A stretch of 24,000 bases of DNA from Candidatus Wolframiiraptor allenii (GTDB taxonomy: Archaea; Thermoproteota; Nitrososphaeria_A; Caldarchaeales; Wolframiiraptoraceae). The translations under genes and the position numbers were made by a program. Under the pieces are notes generated by a model, which saw only the letters and a program-made list of their open reading frames with translations, did no database searches and had not been told where the DNA came from. Below are positions 16,337 through 24,000 of this stretch, piece by piece (within the stretch, counting starts at the first letter, position 1; each line of letters begins with the position of its first letter). The stretch spans positions 1 to 24,000 of the forward strand of contig JAKCEV010000004.1 of assembly GCA_023539495.1 (NCBI GenBank), read 5' to 3'.

Positions 16337-17500
16337 CTACCAGTATTTGATCCCTTTATTCTTGATGTAATCGTAGACTCTTTTTGCGGTCTTCTCCATC
16401 CCGAAGGCCTTCAAGTGTAGCAGGGTCTCCGCATATGCCTTGCTCCTTATCGCGTTCCTAGTCTCATCCGATATCTTGTCAAGCTCATTAAAGAACTGTT
16501 TTAGCGCGAACTTAGAGTTCTCGACAAATATCTCAGCCTCGTGCACCCCCTCCTTCCTATAGTTCTCGATAACCCACTTGTAGATCCTCTGGTATAACTC
16601 TGGCTCGTAGATCCTCAGGATGTCATAGACCATGAGCATGTATATTGTCGCGACATTGCCCTTTCCTATCATCCCTTTCGGGAACTTTTCCGCGATAAGG
16701 TAGAGTGGTGTCCCGCTCACACCATGTTGAGCAACCCTAGTCGGGTACCCGTTATCCCATAATGCCTGGACGATCTCAACGGTGCGCTGGATGTTTATCC
16801 CGAGCTGTGGTATTATATTACCCTCCGCGTCCACCGAGACGCCGTGTTTCGAGCCATTATTTATCGCGAGCCAGTGGAGGTCAACCCCATTCTGCTTCAT
16901 GCTCTTCACATAGTATAGGGCCTCCTCGACGGTTGTTAACTCTGTCTTACCTATCTCGCCGACCTCGCCCTCCCTGCCATAGTTCCTGTGCCCTATTAGC
17001 TCGTCTAGGTACCTGAACATCTCCGTGCCAACCTCGATTATCCGCTTAAGCTGCTCCGGCACAGTATCCTTGGTCAAGTCGAAGAGGTATGAAGCATCTA
17101 TGGCGAAGCTTGTGAACCCAGCCTCAACCCTTGCGGCTAGCTCTCGCTTAACGTTCTCTATCTCCTCATCCGCGCCCTTCCTGATCACAACATGATCCGC
17201 GTGGAGGACATAGCCGTACCAGCCGACATTCTCAGCAGCCTTTCTCACACGCTCGGCGAATGCCTTGGGCGTCAGGCCGGTATAGCCTCCCTTCAGGTTC
17301 ATCTCGGATAGAGCTAGCTCTAGAATCACCACGTTCTCCGTGTCCTTGGCCGCCTTCAGGATCCCTTCAATCACCTCGATTGTAACCCTTGGATTGATCG
17401 CGAGAGCAATCTCCTTTGGCGGCGTCAAGGCCTCGAAGAGAACATTCCCCGGTATCGGGGGCTTGGGATCCTCGAAAAACGCTACATGCGCTGGTTTCAT
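16337..17500 (-). CDS. class II (metal-dependent) ketose-bisphosphate aldolase family protein
   Basis: Motifs LHADH (cf. LHLDH), GFTSFAIDAS (cf. GFTSVMIDGS), GEVGEIG and AQHGVSGTP (cf. LHGGSG). The ORF is open to GTG 17521; ATG at 17500 has GAGGTG 9 nt upstream and is preferred. Confidence 0.75.
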   Translation of the reverse strand: MKPAHVAFFEDPKPPIPGNVLFEALTPPKEIALAINPRVTIEVIEGILKAAKDTENVVILELALSEMNLKGGYTGLTPKAFAERVRKAAENVGWYGYVLHADHVVIRKGADEEIENVKRELAARVEAGFTSFAIDASYLFDLTKDTVPEQLKRIIEVGTEMFRYLDELIGHRNYGREGEVGEIGKTELTTVEEALYYVKSMKQNGVDLHWLAINNGSKHGVSVDAEGNIIPQLGINIQRTVEIVQALWDNGYPTRVAQHGVSGTPLYLIAEKFPKGMIGKGNVATIYMLMVYDILRIYEPELYQRIYKWVIENYRKEGVHEAEIFVENSKFALKQFFNELDKISDETRNAIRSKAYAETLLHLKAFGMEKTAKRVYDYIKNKGIKYW

Positions 17501-17710
17501 CCAGTCAGCCACCTCAACCACAAGTTAGCGCTCCCATAATTTAACACTTTGCATATAGGAAAGAGCTAAATATAATGGCCCAGTCAAGGGCGGCCGTTTC
17601 CAACCTTAAAAAGCGTTCTCTACAGCCTTTTTAGCGACTCTCACCTAGATGCATCAGAGATTTTAGGCCGTCATAATTTTTATGGTAGATGGAGGTACTT
17701 TGATCCCGAA

Positions 17711-18538
17711 ATGGCTCGAGGCGTGGTCATAATAGGCTTGGGCGAGGTTGGTAAATCCATCTACGGAATTCTGAAAGAAAGATTTCCAAACGTGTATGGT
17801 TATGATCTCGATTCATCTGCCCGGGTTGATGAGCTAGAGAATATTCCCACCCGCGTTGATGTGATCCATATAGCCTATCCATTTAGGGGGCTTAATGACT
17901 TCGTGAATTCTGTGATAGGTTATGCGCGCGAGCTCGGGGCTGAGGCTGTTATTGTGCATTCGACGGTAGCGCCGGGCACTACTAGGACCATACAGTCGAG
18001 GATCAAGGCTCATGTAGCTTACTCGCCTGTAAGGGGCAAGCACCCGCATCTCAAAGCTCACCTGATGTTCTGGCCCAAGTGGGTCTCAGCGGTGAAAAAA
18101 GAAGCCCTAGAGCATGCCAAGATTCATCTTGAGCAGGCGGGCTTCAGGGTGAAAGTTGCCCCTGATCCTGAATCCCTTGAGCTGGCGAAGCTCTGGGAGA
18201 CCGTGTATAGGGCCGCGATGATAGCATGCTGGCAGGAAGCACATAGGATTGCAAGGATGTTCGGGGCGGATGTCGGCGTCGTCGCCGAGTTCATCTCCGA
18301 GGTTCATGAGGTGCTTCGTGATAGACCGGTCTACTACCCGGACTTCATAGGAGGGCACTGCCTAATACCTAATACCCGAATACTCCATGAAATAACGGGC
18401 TCGGATCTCCTAGAATTCATCCTTCGATCAAATGAGAAGCGCGCCGAGGAGATTCGCGACGAAAGCATCGCAAAGGAAGTGGAGAAGGTTAGAAGGATCT
18501 GGCTAAACCATATTCCTAGAGAGTATTATCGTATGTGA
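17711..18538 (+). CDS. nucleotide-sugar (UDP-glucose/GDP-mannose) dehydrogenase-like NAD-binding protein, short form
   Basis: N-terminal Rossmann IIGLGEVGKS, then HSTVAPGTT, the helix ELAKLWETVYRAAMIACWQEAHRIARMFGADV, and FIGGHCLIPNT (cf. GFGGSCFPKD, the catalytic Cys loop). At 275 aa, the C-terminal nucleotide-sugar-binding domain of the family appears absent. Confidence 0.55.
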   Translation: MARGVVIIGLGEVGKSIYGILKERFPNVYGYDLDSSARVDELENIPTRVDVIHIAYPFRGLNDFVNSVIGYARELGAEAVIVHSTVAPGTTRTIQSRIKAHVAYSPVRGKHPHLKAHLMFWPKWVSAVKKEALEHAKIHLEQAGFRVKVAPDPESLELAKLWETVYRAAMIACWQEAHRIARMFGADVGVVAEFISEVHEVLRDRPVYYPDFIGGHCLIPNTRILHEITGSDLLEFILRSNEKRAEEIRDESIAKEVEKVRRIWLNHIPREYYRM

Positions 18539-18830
18539 GTTACTCTACTTCCTAAGGCGGCCTCCAATATTTTTAGGAGCATGGTCTTTGAGTTTTTCTT
18601 AATACCATATTCATCTCCTCTCGCCGGCACTCAAGCATCTTCCGAGACATTCTCATACGAGTTACATTCTAGGAGTATGCCCATCCGCCTACGCCTATAG
18701 TGAGGAACGTAGAATATGTCGTTCAAGGCCGTCCACATTATCAGTCCTAGGCTCGCCAACAACTAGTCCTAAGAAGCTTAACAGCCTCATAATCATCACC
18801 ATTAGTTCATAAAAACTTAGAAATTTTATA

Positions 18831-18847
18831 AAGAGGAGAAAAAGAAG
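18831..18847 (-). terminator. T-rich tract downstream of glnA
   Basis: The minus strand reads CTTCTTTTTCTCCTCTT about 25 nt after the glnA stop (18874-18876). This is an oligo-T type archaeal termination signal. Confidence 0.4.
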
Positions 18848-18873
18848 CTTGAATGGTTTTGATAATAACCTCT

Positions 18874-20346
18874 TTAATAGTCAAGATACTTCATGAACTC
18901 CCAGGGTGTTATATATAGGCAATACTGGTTCCATTCATTTGCTTTATACTCTATAAATGCGTCAAATATATGACTGCCTAGAGTTGCGCGTATAACATCA
19001 TCACCTTTCATCTCCTCTAACGCCTCTTTAAGCGTCGTTGGTAGTTCTCTTACCCCAAGAGCTCTGCGCTTTTCTGGAGGCATTTTGTAGACATCTTCAT
19101 CAACAGGGTCACCTGGATCTATTTTCTTCTTTACTCCATCAAGTCCAGCCATCAAAAGGCAGGCAAATGCTAAGTAGGGATTGCAGGACGGGTCTATACC
19201 CCGATATTCTACTCTTTTTTGATGAGCAAAATTTGGACCTTTATTGTAGACGGGAATTCGTATGAGGGCCGACCTGTTGCGACGGGACCACGTTATGTAA
19301 ATCGGCGCCTCAAATCCGGGGGCAAGTCGCTTGTAAGAGTTTACTGTCGGGCAACATATGGCGGTCAAGGCTCTAGCATGCTCTAAGAGTCCACCAATGA
19401 AGTATCTTCCTACCTGACTAAGTTCAGCATATTCATCTCTTTCGTCATACATCTCGTTTTTTCCGCCACGCCATAGGGAAATATGCGTATGCATTCCACT
19501 TGCATTATCGAGATAGATTGGTTTGGGCATGAATGTAGCTATTAAGCCGTATTTCTTGGCAACGTTTTTTGCAACGAACTTGAAGTACATTACTTTATCA
19601 GCTGTTTCAATAAGATTACCGAAAGTAAAATCTATTTCAATCTGGCCGGATGTTGCAACTTCATGATGGTGTTTTTCGATTTTAAAACCAAAGTAATTCT
19701 CTAAAATCGAAGAAACCTCGTTGCGATATTCTACAGTCGTGTCCTCTGGCGGAGGCCTGAGGTATCCCTCTTTTGGTCTAAGGATAAGATTACCGGGAGT
19801 AATTTCAGGGGACTGTGGGACGACTCTAGGCGCGCCCCAAGAATCCCCTTCCCCTCCCTTTGGGCTCACCCATAGATCCCAAACAAGTTTTGTAGGGTCT
19901 ATTGAAGAAAAAACAAAGTACTCTATCTCTGGGGCAAAAAACGCCGTATAACCCATACTTTCAGCAGCTTTCACAGCATTTCTTGCAACATATCCTCTAG
20001 GGCATACTTCAGAGACATTGCCACCATAAGCTTCATGAACGTCACCTATAATTATTGCGCTTCTTTGGTTTTCATCATCATTAGTCCATGGAAGCACCGC
20101 CAAAGTTTTTGGGTCTGGCATAAGGACCATGTCTGATTCTTCAATGGATTTATAACCCCTAATAGAGGAGCCGTCAAAGCCTAAACCAGCTCTAAACGCT
20201 TTCCCTTCAACGTAGTCCCTTGCCGATACAACCATGTCTTGCAGTATCCCACGCATATCAACAAATGTAGAGTGAACCCATCGGATCTTATTCGCTTTCA
20301 GTAGTTCTACAGCTTTTTGGATTTCGGTTTCTTTAACTCCTTCCAT
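18874..20346 (-). CDS. glnA: glutamine synthetase, type I
   Basis: Motifs GMHTHISLW, NSYKRLAPGFEAP, NPYLAFA and FFAPEIEYF. ATG at 20346 is preceded by GGTGAGGGT and is preferred over TTG at 20370. Confidence 0.9.
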   Translation of the reverse strand: MEGVKETEIQKAVELLKANKIRWVHSTFVDMRGILQDMVVSARDYVEGKAFRAGLGFDGSSIRGYKSIEESDMVLMPDPKTLAVLPWTNDDENQRSAIIIGDVHEAYGGNVSEVCPRGYVARNAVKAAESMGYTAFFAPEIEYFVFSSIDPTKLVWDLWVSPKGGEGDSWGAPRVVPQSPEITPGNLILRPKEGYLRPPPEDTTVEYRNEVSSILENYFGFKIEKHHHEVATSGQIEIDFTFGNLIETADKVMYFKFVAKNVAKKYGLIATFMPKPIYLDNASGMHTHISLWRGGKNEMYDERDEYAELSQVGRYFIGGLLEHARALTAICCPTVNSYKRLAPGFEAPIYITWSRRNRSALIRIPVYNKGPNFAHQKRVEYRGIDPSCNPYLAFACLLMAGLDGVKKKIDPGDPVDEDVYKMPPEKRRALGVRELPTTLKEALEEMKGDDVIRATLGSHIFDAFIEYKANEWNQYCLYITPWEFMKYLDY

Positions 20347-20401
20347 ACCCTCACCGGTGCCAGATAGCAAAGAGGGTATAATTTAAGTTTTTCTTTTTAT
20401 A

Positions 20402-20424
20402 GGAAATAGGTAACCATTTTCCGA
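20402..20424. promoter_or_regulatory. candidate operator, copy 1 (imperfect palindrome GGAAATAGGTAACCATTTTCC plus GA)
   Basis: The 19-mer ATAGGTAACCATTTTCCGA (20406-20424) recurs at 20482-20500 with one mismatch. The 21-mer 20402-20422 is 16/21 self-complementary around a GGTAACC core. Confidence 0.5.
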
Positions 20425-20473
20425 ATATTGCTAAAATAGTTGTAAGCAAGTTATTTTATTCTCTTGGAGAAAA

Positions 20474-20482
20474 TTTTATATA
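20474..20482 (+). promoter_or_regulatory. TATA-box-like element for the glutamate synthase operon
   Basis: TTTTATATA ends 24 nt upstream of ATG 20507, implying a leaderless or very short-leader transcript. Confidence 0.5.
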
Positions 20483-20500
20483 TAGGTAACCATATTCCGA
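20482..20500. promoter_or_regulatory. candidate operator, copy 2
   Basis: ATAGGTAACCATATTCCGA matches 20406-20424 at 18/19 positions. It sits between the TATA-like box and ATG 20507. Confidence 0.5.
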
Positions 20501-20506
20501 TTCAGG

Positions 20507-21664
20507 ATGAACGGAATGGGGGTCAATGTTTCCTTAAATAATCCTTACAGTAATGATAAAGTCATTGAAGCTTGTGCGATATTTGGTATGATGGATCTTT
20601 CTGGCAGGCGTTTCGGTTTCAGGGACCCGGTTAAAGCTATTTCAAACATGCGCGAAAGATCAAATGGACTTGGCGCAGGCTTTGCCATCTATGGGCTTTA
20701 TCCCGAGCATAAGGATGACTATGCACTCCACATAATGTATCTTAATAGAAATGCGAGGGAAAAAACGGAAAAACTTCTAGAGCAGAACTTTGATGTTTTA
20801 AAAGCTGAAGAAATACCTACAGACCCAAAAGCATATGTTCAGAGCCCACCTCCAATATGGCGATATTTTGTTCAGCCAAAGAAGAGTATTGCTAAGAACA
20901 TTTCACAGGATGACTATGTACTGGAAAATGTTATGAAGATTAACACTGGAATAAGGGGTGCTCTTGTAATCTCAAGTGGAAAAAACATGGGTGTGTTTAA
21001 AGGTGTGGGCTTTCCAGAAGATATCGCCGAATATTTCTGCTTAGACGAGTACGAGGGATATATGTGGATCTGCCATGGAAGATTTCCAACAAACACTCCA
21101 GGCTGGTGGGGGGGCTCTCAACCGTTTAACATCCTTGACTGGACAGTTGCGCACAATGGTGAGTTATCCAGTTATGGCGCAAATCGTAGATATCTAGAGA
21201 TGTATGGTTACTACAGCACTATGTATACCGACAGTGAAGTTATGGTGTATGCACTGGACCTGCTTGTGAGGAGGCACAAATTACCCCTTGAAGTTGTCGC
21301 CAAGATATTTGCTCCTCCTTTCTGGTTTGAGATTGATGCTATGGAGCCGAAAGAGAGGAACTTTTACATGGCGCTGCGCCAATGTTATGGTAGCTTGCTT
21401 ATGAATGGGCCTTTCGCCATAATTGCAGCCCGTACCGGAGAAATGATAGGATTAGCCGACCGCTTAAAGCTTAGACCGCTAACAGTAGCGATAAAAGGTG
21501 ATTTGTTCTATATATCATCTGAAGAATCTGCTATACGCTTGGTAGCACCCCATCTAGATAAAGTTTGGAAACCTCGTGGAGGCGAACTTGTAGTAGGGAG
21601 ACTTAAAACCTTAAAACTTTTAGAAATTCCGCAATCTGGGTGGGAGGATGAAAAGCTATATTGA
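20507..21664 (+). CDS. glutamate synthase, class II glutamine amidotransferase subunit (GltB domain 1 homolog)
   Basis: Ntn-type motif CAIFGMMD with Cys at residue 23. Downstream GATase-2 features are RFPTNTPG and HNGELSSYGANRRY. The gene is followed by, and overlaps, the FMN subunit gene. Confidence 0.8.
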   Translation: MNGMGVNVSLNNPYSNDKVIEACAIFGMMDLSGRRFGFRDPVKAISNMRERSNGLGAGFAIYGLYPEHKDDYALHIMYLNRNAREKTEKLLEQNFDVLKAEEIPTDPKAYVQSPPPIWRYFVQPKKSIAKNISQDDYVLENVMKINTGIRGALVISSGKNMGVFKGVGFPEDIAEYFCLDEYEGYMWICHGRFPTNTPGWWGGSQPFNILDWTVAHNGELSSYGANRRYLEMYGYYSTMYTDSEVMVYALDLLVRRHKLPLEVVAKIFAPPFWFEIDAMEPKERNFYMALRQCYGSLLMNGPFAIIAARTGEMIGLADRLKLRPLTVAIKGDLFYISSEESAIRLVAPHLDKVWKPRGGELVVGRLKTLKLLEIPQSGWEDEKLY

Positions 21665-23159
21665 GCCGGAGTTCATTGTTAAACGAGATTATGAAAAGTG
21701 TGTAAAATGTAAAGTTTGTATAAATGAATGCACTTATGGTGTACATTATTATGATGATAAGAATGATATAATCCGCAGCCGGGATGAAAATTGTGTGAAC
21801 TGCCATCGCTGCGTAGTATTTTGTCCAACAAAGGCAATAACTATAGAAAAGAATCCAACACAATATACTGAAAACTCGCACTGGACTAGGGAAGTTATAA
21901 CATCCATTAAAAGGCAGGCGGAAACCGGAGGGGCGATCTTAACTGGAATGGGTTGTGATAAGCCCTATTACACTTATTGGGATAAGATCCTCCTCAACGC
22001 CAGCCAAGTAACCAATCCTTCAATCGATCCTCTAAGAGAACCTATAGAGCTTCGAACATATTTGGGCGCGAAACCTGACAAACTTGAACTAGAGCTGGAA
22101 AATGGCGAAGTTTTGTTAAAAACGAAGCTTGCCCCTCAACTATGCGCTGAGGTCCCAATACTCTTTGCAGCTGTTTCATACGGGGCGGTAAATTTTAACG
22201 TCCACTTAGCACTAGCCCGAGCCGCAGCAGAGCTCGGCACGTTCATGAATTGTGGTGAAGGGGGCTTAGACAAGAGACTCTATAGATATGGTGACCATAT
22301 CATTGTTCAGGTGGCTTCAGGACGTTTCGGCGTGAACCCAGAATACTTAAACGTGGGCGCAGCTATAGAAATTAAAATAGGCCAGGGGGCGAAGCCGGGC
22401 ATAGGTGGACATTTACCTGGGGAGAAAGTTACCCAAGAGATAGCACAAATCCGCATGATCCCCGTCGGGACAGATGCGCTCTCCCCAGCCCCTCATCATG
22501 ACATATACTCCATTGAAGACCTGCGTCAACTCATTTATGCTTTGAAGGAGGCGACAGACTATACTAAACCCGTGGCAGTTAAAATAGCTGCCGTGCATAA
22601 TTCTGCAGCCATCGCCAGCGGCATAGCGCGTGCTGGAGCCGACATAATAGTCTTAGACGGGGTCAGGGGTGCAACAGGAGCAGCACCAAAGGTTATTCGC
22701 GATAATGTTGGTATTCCTATCGAGCTGGCACTTGCCTCAGTAGACCAGCGTCTTAGAGATGAAGGTATTCGTAATAGGGTATCCATTATAGTTTCAGGCG
22801 GAATAAGGAGCAGCGCAGATGTAGTGAAGGCTATTGCCTTGGGGGCGGATGCCGTGTATATAGGCACAGCAGCTCTTGTGGCCATTGGTTGTACGCTATG
22901 CCAGAAATGCTACACAGGAAAGTGCCCATGGGGTATTACAACAACAGATCCACAGATTTCTAAACGACTTGACCCCGATGTTGCCGCAAAAAGGCTTATT
23001 AATCTTGTTCGAGCATGGAGTATCGAAATCAAAGAAATGTTAGGAGCTATGGGCATAAACGCTATTGAAAGTCTACGGGGCAATCGTGAGCAACTTCGTG
23101 GCGTTGGGTTAACCGATACCGAATTAAAAATTCTTGGAATAAAAATGGCGGGTGAATGA
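21648..23159 (+). CDS. gltB: glutamate synthase, FMN-binding subunit with N-terminal 2x[4Fe-4S] ferredoxin domain (GltB domain 2/3 homolog)
   Basis: Cys clusters CVKCKVCINEC and CVNCHRCVVFCP, plus GEGG, IGQGAKPGIGGHLPGEKV, DGVRGATGAAP and SGGIRSSADVVKAIALGADAV. The ATG overlaps the upstream gene by 17 nt and is preceded by GGTGGGAGG. Confidence 0.9.
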   Translation: MKSYIEPEFIVKRDYEKCVKCKVCINECTYGVHYYDDKNDIIRSRDENCVNCHRCVVFCPTKAITIEKNPTQYTENSHWTREVITSIKRQAETGGAILTGMGCDKPYYTYWDKILLNASQVTNPSIDPLREPIELRTYLGAKPDKLELELENGEVLLKTKLAPQLCAEVPILFAAVSYGAVNFNVHLALARAAAELGTFMNCGEGGLDKRLYRYGDHIIVQVASGRFGVNPEYLNVGAAIEIKIGQGAKPGIGGHLPGEKVTQEIAQIRMIPVGTDALSPAPHHDIYSIEDLRQLIYALKEATDYTKPVAVKIAAVHNSAAIASGIARAGADIIVLDGVRGATGAAPKVIRDNVGIPIELALASVDQRLRDEGIRNRVSIIVSGGIRSSADVVKAIALGADAVYIGTAALVAIGCTLCQKCYTGKCPWGITTTDPQISKRLDPDVAAKRLINLVRAWSIEIKEMLGAMGINAIESLRGNREQLRGVGLTDTELKILGIKMAGE

Positions 23160-23162
23160 GCT

Positions 23163-23960
23163 ATGAATAGAGAATTTTCACATGAAGGACGAAAAACACT
23201 CGATGCTCCAGGCCCTGTTATGATAAATAATGGAGTTGTCACGATAAATGCTGCCAATATGCATTACCGAGATCTCAATCTTCTTCTAAAAACTCATAGC
23301 AACTTGGCTAAAAGAATAAACATATATAATGTTTACGGCCAAAGGTACATAGGCACAGGTTTAAGAAACAATGTGGAAATACATGTTTATGGAACACCGG
23401 GTAACGACCTGGCCGCCTTTATGGATGGTCCTACAATTTATGTTCATGGTAATGCCCAAGACGGAGTTGGAAATACCATGAATAGTGGTAAGGTGGTTGT
23501 TTACGGGTGCGCAGGAGATGTGGTCGGCTATGCTATGCGAGGCGGGAGGATTTTCATTCGAGATGATGCAGGTTACCGAGTTGGCATACACATGAAAGAA
23601 TATGGTGAACAAAAGCCTGTCATCGTTATAGGAGGGACGGCTCAAGATTTTTTAGGAGAATATATGGCTGGAGGAATCCTCGTGGTTTTAGGGCTTACGC
23701 TAAGTCATGGCGAAACTCATAAAGCAAAGTTTGTTGGGACAGGGATGCATGGTGGGATAATTTACATTCGAGGCCAAGTAACGCATGTAGGAAAAGAAGC
23801 GAAAATTACGGAGTTGGAAGAAAATGACGTAGCTTTACTTAAGCCTATTATTGAAGAGTTTTGCAGCTATTTCAATTTTAATATTGATGAGGTTTTGGCG
23901 GGGGAATTTAAAAAAATAGTCCCGCTATCAACGAGGCCGTATGGAAAGTTATACACTTAG
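23163..23960 (+). CDS. glutamate synthase GXGXG-domain subunit (GltB C-terminal beta-helix domain homolog)
   Basis: Repeating Gly-rich beta-helix pattern (VYGTPGNDLAAFMDGPTIYVHGNAQDGVGNTMNSGKVVVYGCAGDVVGYAMRGGRIFIRDDAGYRVG). It starts 3 nt after the FMN subunit stop. Confidence 0.85.
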   Translation: MNREFSHEGRKTLDAPGPVMINNGVVTINAANMHYRDLNLLLKTHSNLAKRINIYNVYGQRYIGTGLRNNVEIHVYGTPGNDLAAFMDGPTIYVHGNAQDGVGNTMNSGKVVVYGCAGDVVGYAMRGGRIFIRDDAGYRVGIHMKEYGEQKPVIVIGGTAQDFLGEYMAGGILVVLGLTLSHGETHKAKFVGTGMHGGIIYIRGQVTHVGKEAKITELEENDVALLKPIIEEFCSYFNFNIDEVLAGEFKKIVPLSTRPYGKLYT

Positions 23961-24000
23961 AGCTCATTCCAAATTCTCTAGCTAAATGATCGTTATGACA

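Noticed and set aside
18741-18799. Possible C/D box sRNA on the minus strand (GTGATGA, 48 nt, CTGA)
   Set aside because: There are no credible internal D' (CUGA) or C' (UGAUGA) boxes and no terminal pairing. The spacing is longer than is typical for archaeal C/D sRNAs.
21603-21881. 92-aa minus-strand ORF rich in I/F/Y
   Set aside because: It lies antisense to the very AT-rich ferredoxin-domain coding region of the FMN subunit. Its hydrophobic composition is a by-product of AT richness.

Overview
The window looks like an archaeal chromosomal segment. Supporting signs are an ABCE1/RLI gene, a three-polypeptide archaeal-type glutamate synthase, A/T-rich TATA-like boxes about 25-35 nt upstream of start codons, and a tRNA with an insertion outside the canonical intron position. 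This fits a Thermoproteota- or Korarchaeota-like lineage, but no organism can be named from the sequence alone. Most genes are housekeeping or metabolic: HD hydrolase, class I/II aminotransferase, uridine phosphorylase, an ABC-2 exporter pair, a thioredoxin-reductase-like flavoprotein, ABCE1, a phosphohexomutase, DhaK/DhaL next to a class II aldolase, a nucleotide-sugar-dehydrogenase-like protein, and glutamine synthetase divergent from the split GOGAT operon. The best candidate for something undescribed is a two-gene operon at 6930-9674. It encodes a zinc-ribbon membrane protein with a Ser/Thr-rich stalk, followed by a 612-aa zinc phospholipase C / P1-nuclease-like protein with a long C-terminal hydrophobic segment. 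A perfect 12-bp-arm palindrome abuts its TATA box. Other points worth a second look: tRNA-Ala(UGC) with a 17-nt non-canonical insertion; a YqaA/DedA-like gene broken by two compensating frameshifts; a 58-aa histone-fold-like gene missing from the ORF track and flanked by an exact 10-mer repeat; a 19-bp direct repeat in the glnA/GOGAT divergent promoter region; and patchy base composition. No CRISPR array, transposase, integrase or rRNA was seen. All homology calls rest on motif recognition by eye, not database searches.
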